50,431 nt of DNA from an uncultured Candidatus Nemicrothrix sp. (GTDB lineage Bacteria; Actinomycetota; Acidimicrobiia; Acidimicrobiales; Aldehydirespiratoraceae). The notes under the pieces were generated by a model. The model was given only the letters and a program-made list of their open reading frames with translations, made no database searches and had not been told where the DNA came from. Numbering within the stretch: the first letter of the stretch is position 1; the number at the start of each line of letters is the position of its first letter. Positions 42,945 to 50,431 of the stretch are shown in pieces. The position numbers and the translations under genes are program-made. Location: the NCBI GenBank assembly GCA_964513285.1, contig CAZEML010000005.1:1-50431 (forward strand), in the 5' to 3' direction.

Positions 42945-45326
42945 ATGACTGAAACCACTTCCGTCACCGGCGCGTTCACGCGCGGCGAGGGCAAGGACGC
43001 CACCTTCGAGGTCGGCAAGTTCGCCCCTCTCGCCGGCGGTTCGATCACCGCTCGGATGGGCGACACCGTCGTCCTCGTCACCGCCACCGGCGCCAAGTCG
43101 CCCCGCGATGGTGCTGACTTCTTCCCGCTGACCGTCGACATCGAAGAGCGCATGTACGCCGCGGGCAAGATCCCCGGCTCGTTCTTCCGTCGTGAGGCCC
43201 GTGCCGGCGAGCAGGCCATCCTGACCTGCCGTCTCATCGACCGTCCGCTGCGTCCTGCCTTCCCCGACGGGTTCCGCAACGAGGTCCACGTGGTGGGCAC
43301 CGTCCTCGGCGCCGACCAGGAGAACCCCTACGACGTCCTCGCCCTCAACGCGGCCTCGCTCGCCCTGTGCGTCTCGCCGATCCCGTTCGAGGGCCCGATC
43401 GGTGCGGTCCGCATGAGCTGGTCGCCCGACGGCGAATGGGTGCCCTTCCCGACCTACGAAGAGTCCGACGAGTCGGCCTTCGAGATGGTCGTGGCCGGCC
43501 GCCTCGACGGCGACGACGTCGCGGTGATGATGGTCGAGGCCGGCGGCACCGCCAACAGCTGGGAGCTGTACGAGAACGGCACCCCCAAGGTCGACGAGGA
43601 CACCCTCGCCGGCGGGCTCGAGGCCTGCAAGACCTGGATCCGCGAGATGATCGAACTCCAGCAGGAGTGCATCGAGCAGCTCGGCCCGATCGAGAAGATG
43701 GATCCCCCGCTGTCGATCGACTACACCGACGACATCTACGCCGCGGTCGAGGCCGCCGGCACCGATCGCATCGCCGAGACCCAGAAGATCGCCGACAAGA
43801 CCGAGCGTCAGAACGCCGAGGCCGACGTCAACGCGGCGCTCGTCGCTGAGCTCGAGGGTCAGTTCGCCGACAACCCCGACGCCGTCAAGCAGATCAAGGC
43901 CGCCGCTCGTTCGGTCATGAAGAAGGTCGTGCGAAAGCGCATCGTCGAAGAGGGCATCCGCATCGACGGTCGCAAGGCCGCCGATCTGCGTTCGGTCTCC
44001 TCTGAGGTCGGCGTCATCCCGACCTCGCACGGCTCGGGCCTCTTCCAGCGTGGCGAGACCCAGGTCCTCAACATCACGACGCTCGGCATGGGCCGCAGCG
44101 ACATGATGATCGACGACCTCTCGCCGACCGAGAAGAAGCGCTACTTCCACCACTACAACTTCCCGCCCTTCTCGACGGGTGAGACCGGCTTCATGCGTGG
44201 TCCGAAGCGTCGTGAGATCGGTCACGGCGCCCTCGCCGAGCGCGCCGTCTTCCCGGTCGTCCCGAGCTTCGAAGAGTGGCCCTACACCGTCCGCACCGTC
44301 TCTGAGGTCATGGCCTCCAACGGTTCGTCGTCGATGGGTTCGGTCTGCGGCTCGACCCTGTCGCTGATGGACGCCGGTGTGCCGATCAAGGCGCCGGTCG
44401 CCGGCATCGCCATGGGTCTCGTGCACGCCGAGGGCGAGTACGTCACCCTGACCGACATCCTCGGCGCCGAGGACGCGTTCGGCGACATGGACTTCAAGGT
44501 CGCCGGTACCACCGACTTCATCACCGCCCTGCAGCTCGACACCAAGATCTCCGGCATCCCAGCCAACGTCTTGGCCGGTGCGCTGTCCCAGGCTCGTGAG
44601 GCCCGTCTCGACATCCTCGACATCATGCTCGAGGCCATCCCCGAGCCCCGCGAAGAGGTCCGTGACACCGCCCCGAAGATCGTCAGCTTCGAGATCCCGA
44701 TCGACAAGATCGGCGAGGTCATCGGCCCCAAGGGCAAGGTCATCAACACGATCCAGCAGGAGACCGGCGCCGACATCTCTGTCGACGACGACGGCATGGT
44801 CGGTATCGTCGCCATCTCCAGCACCGACAACGAGAAGGTCGCCGAGGCCCGTCGTCAGATCGAGCTGATCCTCGATCCGCCCACCGCTGAGGTCGGCGCC
44901 GAGTACGCCGGTCGCGTCGTGAACATCACCAAGTTCGGTGCGTTCGTCAACATCCTTCCGGGCCGCGACGGCCTGCTGCACATCTCCAAGATCGGTGGCA
45001 GCAAGCGCATCGACAAGGTCGAGGACGTGCTCGAGCTCGGTCAGGAAGTCCAGGTCGTCGTCGAAGACGTCGACCCGAACGGCAAGATCTCGCTCAAGCC
45101 GGTCGGCGACGGCCCCGAGGCCACCGGTGGCGACGCCCCCGAGGCGTCCGGTGGCAGCGATGCCCCGGCCGAGGTCGATGGCGATCAGGAAGCGGTCTCC
45201 TTCGAGGCGGCCTTCGACGCCGACCTCGCCGAGGAGTTCGGCGACCTCGGTCCCGAGGCTCCCCGCCGCTCCGGCGGTGGTGGCGGCGGCCGTGGCCGCG
45301 GCCGCGGAGGTCGCGGGCGCCGGTGA
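42945..45326 (+). CDS. pnp: Polyribonucleotide nucleotidyltransferase (PNPase)
   Basis: FFPLTVD, KIPGSFFRRE, FQRGETQ, RREIGHG, SNGSSSM, GDMDFKVAG, KH and S1 domains; RG-rich tail. Confidence 0.98.
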   Translation: MTETTSVTGAFTRGEGKDATFEVGKFAPLAGGSITARMGDTVVLVTATGAKSPRDGADFFPLTVDIEERMYAAGKIPGSFFRREARAGEQAILTCRLIDRPLRPAFPDGFRNEVHVVGTVLGADQENPYDVLALNAASLALCVSPIPFEGPIGAVRMSWSPDGEWVPFPTYEESDESAFEMVVAGRLDGDDVAVMMVEAGGTANSWELYENGTPKVDEDTLAGGLEACKTWIREMIELQQECIEQLGPIEKMDPPLSIDYTDDIYAAVEAAGTDRIAETQKIADKTERQNAEADVNAALVAELEGQFADNPDAVKQIKAAARSVMKKVVRKRIVEEGIRIDGRKAADLRSVSSEVGVIPTSHGSGLFQRGETQVLNITTLGMGRSDMMIDDLSPTEKKRYFHHYNFPPFSTGETGFMRGPKRREIGHGALAERAVFPVVPSFEEWPYTVRTVSEVMASNGSSSMGSVCGSTLSLMDAGVPIKAPVAGIAMGLVHAEGEYVTLTDILGAEDAFGDMDFKVAGTTDFITALQLDTKISGIPANVLAGALSQAREARLDILDIMLEAIPEPREEVRDTAPKIVSFEIPIDKIGEVIGPKGKVINTIQQETGADISVDDDGMVGIVAISSTDNEKVAEARRQIELILDPPTAEVGAEYAGRVVNITKFGAFVNILPGRDGLLHISKIGGSKRIDKVEDVLELGQEVQVVVEDVDPNGKISLKPVGDGPEATGGDAPEASGGSDAPAEVDGDQEAVSFEAAFDADLAEEFGDLGPEAPRRSGGGGGGRGRGRGGRGRR

Positions 45327-46594
45327 CGGCCAATCCTTCACGCGAGATGGTGTCGTCGTCGTTCGATGACGGCGACACGATCCGCGTCAGCCGACTCGAC
45401 GGCGGCCTTCGGGTCGTCACCGAAAGCCTGCCCCGATCGCGCTCCGTCGCGGTCGGGGCGTGGGTCGGCGTCGGCAATCGAGACGAACCCGCGGCGATCG
45501 CGGGCGTCTCGCACTTTCTCGAACACCTGATGTTCAAGGGATCGTCGACTCGGTCCGCCCAAGACATCGCCGAGGGCATCGATGCCGTCGGCGGTGACAT
45601 CAATGCGTTCACGTCGAAGGAGTACACCGCCTTCCACGCTCGAGTTCCCGCCTGGGAGCTCGACTTCGGGCTCGACACCCTCCTCGACGTGCTCGTCGAT
45701 CCCGGCTTCACCGAGGCCGAACTCGACGCCGAGCGCCAGGTGATCCTCGAAGAGCTCGCCTGGAGCGCCGACACCCCCGACGATGTCGTGCACGGTGTCC
45801 TCGCCGAGAGCCTCTTCCCGGGCCACCCACTGGGCTGGGAGGTGCTCGGCACCGCGGAGTCGGTTCGAGCGATCACCGCCGACGACGTCCGCGCGTTCCA
45901 CGACCAGTGGTACCGCCGCCCGAACATGGTGCTGGCGGTCGTTGGACCGGTCGACCACGACGACATCGTGGCCCGGGTCGACACCGCCCTCGCCAGCCGT
46001 GGCGGCGGGGCTCGGCCCGACCGGGTTCGTCCCGGCAACGAGGTCATCCCCGACGTCGTCACCCAGCGCCCCATCGAGCAGGCCCACTTCGCGAAGGGCT
46101 GGCGATCGGGTGGGCTCCACAGCGACGATCGGTACGGCCTCGCCGTCGCCACCCAGCTCCTCGGTGGTGGCTGGTCGAGCCGTCTGTTCCAGGAGGTCCG
46201 CGAGAAGCGGGGCCTCAGCTACACCGTGTTCGCCTCGGTCGGGTCCTTCGTCGACTCCGGCACCCTGTCGGTCTACGCGGCGACCGCACCCGAGCGGCTC
46301 GCGGAGTTGCGGTCGGTCGTCGACGAACAGCTGACCGACCTCGCCGAGAACGGCCCCGGCGAGCGCGAGCTCGAGGTGGCCCGCGGCGGCTTCGAAGGCG
46401 CGACCGTCCTCGGCCTGGAAGACACGGGCAGCCGGATGGCGCGCCTCGCCACCAATGTGTTGATCCGTGATCGGATCGTCGGGGTCGACGAATATCTCGA
46501 CGCCGTTCGGTCGGTGACCGCCGACGACGTTCGCCGCATCATCGCCGGCATCGTCGGCGAAGCGTCCTCGGTCAGCGTCGTCGCACCCGCCTGA
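45323..46594 (+). CDS. M16-family (pitrilysin-like) zinc peptidase
   Basis: HFLEH inverted zincin motif, NAFTSKE, SRLFQEVREKRGLSY; conserved position after pnp. Confidence 0.93.
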   Translation: MTANPSREMVSSSFDDGDTIRVSRLDGGLRVVTESLPRSRSVAVGAWVGVGNRDEPAAIAGVSHFLEHLMFKGSSTRSAQDIAEGIDAVGGDINAFTSKEYTAFHARVPAWELDFGLDTLLDVLVDPGFTEAELDAERQVILEELAWSADTPDDVVHGVLAESLFPGHPLGWEVLGTAESVRAITADDVRAFHDQWYRRPNMVLAVVGPVDHDDIVARVDTALASRGGGARPDRVRPGNEVIPDVVTQRPIEQAHFAKGWRSGGLHSDDRYGLAVATQLLGGGWSSRLFQEVREKRGLSYTVFASVGSFVDSGTLSVYAATAPERLAELRSVVDEQLTDLAENGPGERELEVARGGFEGATVLGLEDTGSRMARLATNVLIRDRIVGVDEYLDAVRSVTADDVRRIIAGIVGEASSVSVVAPA

Positions 46595-46618
46595 GCGGGC
46601 GAGATCGGTCGGGCCGGG

Positions 46619-47074
46619 TTACAGCCCCGGCTTCCAGATCATGATGACGAGCTGCACGACGAACAGCAGGGTGAACGCGGCGCCGCCGATGCTGAGCTTC
46701 TGCTTCAGCGCGTCGCTGCGGTCGCCTTCGGCCATCGCCTTCTCGCTCGGGCGGATCACGGCATGGAGCAGACCGTTCATCGCGATCCACACGATGACGG
46801 CCGCGACCAGCCAGCCCTGACTGACCTTGAACACCTCGCCGCTCATCCCGGCGACGCCGAACCCGAGCAGGCCCGACACGATCAGCGCGCTGCCGTAGAT
46901 GCGCTGGTTGTTCTGGGCCACGTAGCCCGCCATCGGCGAGATGTCGTGGCCGCCCTGCTCCATCTGCTTGCCCAGGACCGGCATCACGAGGGCCGGTGCC
47001 ATCGCCACCACGGCGGTGAGGATGTGGAGCAGGAGCATGATGTTGTACGGCGTGTCGCCGATCGCTGCGAACAT
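46619..47074 (-). CDS. DUF2269-like integral membrane protein
   Basis: LLLHIL start, four TM segments, C-terminal MIWKP; TACCGT hexamer 7 nt before ATG. Confidence 0.7.
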   Translation of the reverse strand: MFAAIGDTPYNIMLLLHILTAVVAMAPALVMPVLGKQMEQGGHDISPMAGYVAQNNQRIYGSALIVSGLLGFGVAGMSGEVFKVSQGWLVAAVIVWIAMNGLLHAVIRPSEKAMAEGDRSDALKQKLSIGGAAFTLLFVVQLVIMIWKPGL

Positions 47075-47134
47075 GGCGGTGACGGTAGTGGATCCCGGTG
47101 CCGACTGTCGTGGTCGGACGCCTAACCTGCACAC

Positions 47135-47863
47135 ATGATCCGAGTAGGTGTCGTCGGTGCTGCAGGACGCATGGGGCAGGAGGTGTGCCGCACGATCGAG
47201 GCCGATCCGGCCACCGAGCTGGTGTGCACGATCGATGTGGGCGATTCGCTCGATTCGCTCGTCGAGACCAAGACCGAGGTCGTCGTCGACTTCACGGTGC
47301 TCGACGTGGCCCGCGAGACCCTGGCGTTCGCGGGCGCCAACGGCATCCATGCGGTGGTCGGCACGACCGGCTTCAGCGACGACGACCTCGAGACGTTCCG
47401 GTCGGCCTTCACCGCCAGCAACGCGTTGATCGCGCCGAACTTCGCGATCGGCGCGGTGTTGATGATCCGGATGGCCGAGCTGGCCGCGCCACACTTCGAG
47501 ACGGCGGAGATCATCGAGTTCCATCACAACGCCAAGATCGACGCGCCGTCGGGCACGGCGACCCACACCGCCGAGCGGATGGCGGCGGCATCGTCGGAGT
47601 GGGCTGCCGATCCGACGACCCACGAGGTCTACCCCGGGGCGCGGGGCGGCGAGGGTCCGGCGGGAATCCGGGTCCACGGTGTGCGAATGGTCGGTGCGGT
47701 CGCGAACCAAGAGGTCATCTTGGGTACGACCGGCCAGACCTTGACGATTCGCCACGACACCGTCGACCGGACGTCGTTCATGCCCGGAGTTCTCGTCGGC
47801 GTGAAGCGGGTCGCAGACTTCCCGGGTGTCACGATCGGACTCGACGCCTACCTCGGTCTCTGA
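47135..47863 (+). CDS. dapB: 4-hydroxy-tetrahydrodipicolinate reductase
   Basis: GAAGRMG, VDFT, GTTG, APNFAIG, EFHHNAKIDAPSGTA. Confidence 0.97.
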   Translation: MIRVGVVGAAGRMGQEVCRTIEADPATELVCTIDVGDSLDSLVETKTEVVVDFTVLDVARETLAFAGANGIHAVVGTTGFSDDDLETFRSAFTASNALIAPNFAIGAVLMIRMAELAAPHFETAEIIEFHHNAKIDAPSGTATHTAERMAAASSEWAADPTTHEVYPGARGGEGPAGIRVHGVRMVGAVANQEVILGTTGQTLTIRHDTVDRTSFMPGVLVGVKRVADFPGVTIGLDAYLGL

Positions 47864-47873
47864 GCGGCCCACG

Positions 47874-48623
47874 ATGCGCATGTTCTTGACCCCGAAGTGG
47901 ATGCTGTCGCATCTCTTCGTGGTGTCGATGCTGGCGATCATGACCGCGGCGGGGTTCTGGCAGCTCGACCGTCTCGATGAGCGCAAGGCGTCCAACGCGG
48001 AGATCCGCGCCGCGTCGGAGGCGCCGGCCCAACCGATCGAGGACCTGCTCGAGCAGGTGGCCTCAGGCATCGACGTGCCCGACCAGACGTCGGTCACGGT
48101 CGAAGGCCGGTTCCTCGACGATCAGAACCTGTTGATCGCGAACCGCACCTTCGACACCGAGCCGGGCTTCTGGTGGGTCTCGCCCCTCGAGCTCGACGAC
48201 GGACGGGTCGTGATCGTCAGCCGAGGCTGGATCCCGCGCGATGTCGCGTCAGGGGAGAGCCCGCAACGCATCGAACAGCCGTCGGACCCTGCCGCGCTTT
48301 CGGGCCGTCTCTTCGAGAGCGTCGACGGCGGCCGGATCGGGACCGACGTCAACGGCGTCCCCCAGATCAGCCGCCTCGATCTCGAGTCGGTCGAGGAGGT
48401 GCTCGGGATCGACGTCGCCGACCGTTGGGTCCAGGCCATCGATCCCGACTGGGAACGCGGCGTGCTGCCGATCCCGGTCCCGAGGCCGACGCTCGACGAA
48501 GGCCCCCATCTCTCCTACGCATTCCAGTGGTTCTTCTTCACCGGGAGCACGATCGTCGCCTACGCCTTGATCCTGCGCCGACGCCGGCGTGAAGCGGCGA
48601 TCGAGACGGTCCCCGCGGCGTGA
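47874..48623 (+). CDS. SURF1-family protein
   Basis: GFWQLDR, VSRGWIP, HLSYAFQWF. Confidence 0.9.
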   Translation: MRMFLTPKWMLSHLFVVSMLAIMTAAGFWQLDRLDERKASNAEIRAASEAPAQPIEDLLEQVASGIDVPDQTSVTVEGRFLDDQNLLIANRTFDTEPGFWWVSPLELDDGRVVIVSRGWIPRDVASGESPQRIEQPSDPAALSGRLFESVDGGRIGTDVNGVPQISRLDLESVEEVLGIDVADRWVQAIDPDWERGVLPIPVPRPTLDEGPHLSYAFQWFFFTGSTIVAYALILRRRRREAAIETVPAA

Positions 48624-49198
48624 ACGAGCTCGCCGAGCTGACCCTCCTCGCGGTCCGGCTTCGGAGTCGAGGCGTGGCGGCCGCCGTGGCCGCGTCGGTT
48701 GCCGATCTCGCTGGTGGCGACGTCGAGCCCGCAGCCGTCGAGTCGGTGCTCGCCGAGGCCCTCGATCAGGGCCAGGTTCGCCGGCGGGGTGAGGAGGGTC
48801 GGTGGTCGCTGACCCCGGCCGGCGAAGCGGAGCTCAGCGCGCTGTTGGCCGCCGACCTCACCGGCGAGGACCGGGCCGACGTGATGACCGGGTACGAGGC
48901 GTTCCTGCCGCTGAACCGCCGGTTTCTCGCCGCGTGCATCCCGTGGCAGGACGACCCCGACGGGTTGGACGAGTTCGTCGAGTTGGTGGCGGCGTTGGTG
49001 CCGATCGCCGACGCGCTCGCCGACACCCGTTCCCGCTTCGCTGGCTACGGCCCCCGGCTCGTCGGTGCGCTCGCCGAGGCGTCGGCGGACCCCGCGTGGA
49101 TCGACTCACCGACGCGGGACTCGATCCACACCGTCTGGTTCGAGCTCCACGAACACCTCCTCGCCAGCCTCGGCCGGAGCCGAGTCGACGAACGCTGA
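48620..49198 (+). CDS. Winged-helix (MarR-like) hypothetical regulator
   Basis: WSLTPAG wing; C-terminal DSIHTVWFELHEHLL motif of an actinobacterial family. Confidence 0.65.
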   Translation: MNELAELTLLAVRLRSRGVAAAVAASVADLAGGDVEPAAVESVLAEALDQGQVRRRGEEGRWSLTPAGEAELSALLAADLTGEDRADVMTGYEAFLPLNRRFLAACIPWQDDPDGLDEFVELVAALVPIADALADTRSRFAGYGPRLVGALAEASADPAWIDSPTRDSIHTVWFELHEHLLASLGRSRVDER

Positions 49199-49232
49199 TC
49201 GGGCCGATCGGGCCACGGTTGCGCAAACAACA

Positions 49233-49267
49233 CTGACCCCGCCGCCGGCGGGTGGCGACGGGGTCAG
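49233..49267. terminator. Hairpin between convergent genes (probable bidirectional terminator)
   Basis: CTGACCCCG...CGGGGTCAG inverted repeat. Confidence 0.55.
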
Positions 49268-49281
49268 CGCACTGGGAGGCC

Positions 49282-50082
49282 TCAGCGGCCGTCGACCGGA
49301 GGCGCCGCGGCGGCGCCGGCGAGGGCGTCGGAGGCGACGCTGCACGACGCACCGGCCTCGGCGGTCTCGAACTCGAAGTCGCCGAGATCGCCCACGTCGG
49401 GCAACTCGCCGAAGTCCGGCTCGCCGATGATCTCGACCTCGAGGTCGTCGGGGTCGAGCCCGGCGGCTTCCATCTGCTGCTCGTAGGCGTCGACCATCGC
49501 TCGGGTCGTGATGTCGTACGCCTCCTGCATGCACTCGCTCGAGCCGATCACGGTCTGGGCGTAGGCGAAGGCCGCGGGCGTGAGCCGGGAGTTGTCGCTG
49601 ACCCACGGGAGGGCACCGCTGAGCTTCCCGATGAGGCCTTCGTCGTAGGTGACGCTGTCGAGGGTGGCGACGGCGTCGACTCGGGGCCGGACGAACTCGA
49701 TCGCGTCGGCGGGTACGAGCACGCGGGCCGTCCCGTCGTCGCGCACGACGATCTCGACCTCGGTGGCGTCGACACAGGTGTCGATGTCGCCGACCGCGGT
49801 CATCTCGACCGTGTCGGTGCGGTACGTCTGCCCGAGCACGTCGTGGTCGCGCTTGCCCTCGACGGGGACGACGGTGTGGATCCGAGCGCGGCAGTCGAGG
49901 GTGATCGGCTCGATCTCGACGATCTCGGCCTCCTCGGCCTGCACGATCGACGTCGTCTCCGAGGCGACGGCCGGATTGTCCCAGGGCCAGCTGATGTTCG
50001 CGACACCCAGCTGGATGAACACGATCAGTCCGATGACGGCGACGACCAGGACACTGATGAGGGAACGGGAGAAGTCCTGCAT
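49282..50082 (-). CDS. Membrane-anchored hypothetical protein (DUF4230-like)
   Basis: N-terminal TM, acidic beta/alpha body; high-GC3 codon pattern. Confidence 0.6.
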   Translation of the reverse strand: MQDFSRSLISVLVVAVIGLIVFIQLGVANISWPWDNPAVASETTSIVQAEEAEIVEIEPITLDCRARIHTVVPVEGKRDHDVLGQTYRTDTVEMTAVGDIDTCVDATEVEIVVRDDGTARVLVPADAIEFVRPRVDAVATLDSVTYDEGLIGKLSGALPWVSDNSRLTPAAFAYAQTVIGSSECMQEAYDITTRAMVDAYEQQMEAAGLDPDDLEVEIIGEPDFGELPDVGDLGDFEFETAEAGASCSVASDALAGAAAAPPVDGR

Positions 50083-50171
50083 GTCGAGCCCGACGATCCA
50101 GGCGCCGGAAAAGTCGCGAAGAAATCTCAGATACTGGGAGCGCGACGACGGGGTCGGGCGTACAGAGAGCG

Positions 50172-50431
50172 ATGGCAGTGGACGCGGCGCGGCGAGAACG
50201 GGCGGTGACAGTGGAGGAGACGACGATCGACGCCCGGTCGTTCGCGCTGTTCTACGAGCAATCCCGTGAGCGCATGGTCCGCACCGTCTGGGCGACCCTC
50301 GGTGATCTCGAACTCGCGACCGACGCCGTCGACGAGGCGTTCACCCGGGCCTACGAACGGTGGGGGTCGATCGCGGGCGGCGCGAACCCCGAAGGCTGGG
50401 TGTACCGCACCGCGGTGAACGGGGCGACGTC
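50172..50431 (+). CDS. ECF sigma factor, 3'-truncated by window end (absent from ORF track)
   Basis: Translation MAVDAARR...SFALFYEQSRERMVRTVWATLGDLELATDAVDEAFTRAYERW..NPEGWVYRTAVN matches sigma region 2. Confidence 0.85.
   Translation, partial: MAVDAARRERAVTVEETTIDARSFALFYEQSRERMVRTVWATLGDLELATDAVDEAFTRAYERWGSIAGGANPEGWVYRTAVNGAT

Noticed and set aside
46619-48097. 492-aa minus-strand ORF
   Set aside because: Only the last 151 codons (from 47074) look protein-like; the rest is antisense to dapB and the SURF1 gene

Overview
High-GC actinobacterial chromosome segment, probably Acidimicrobiia-like (rpsO-pnp-M16 peptidase-dapB synteny, several apparently leaderless genes). The left flank (1-10.7 kb) holds a methylamine/betaine-type demethylation set: two GcvT-family flavoproteins, a non-pyrrolysine MttB-family methyltransferase, an IclR regulator and a Zn-ADH. 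A third GcvT paralog lies at 39.9-42.3 kb. The right flank (42.4-50.4 kb) is housekeeping. The centre (~10.8-39.3 kb) is a surface-polysaccharide island. It contains a DltA-like/ACP/MTase/GNAT operon, an ECF sigma-small protein-TPR/CHAT protease-secreted subtilase operon, a ~1440-aa single ORF fusing priming transferase, GT2, Wzx-like flippase and Wzy-like polymerase, several GTs, a Wzz-like protein, a deacetylase, Wzm/Wzt and methyltransferases. The main observation is a bipartite motif, YGTAYTTC-N15-GCACYRGT, found with identical spacing directly upstream of four island transcription units. It suggests an ECF-sigma regulon, plausibly gated by the caspase-like CHAT protease, that controls the glycan island. 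All calls come from motifs read by eye; no searches were run.
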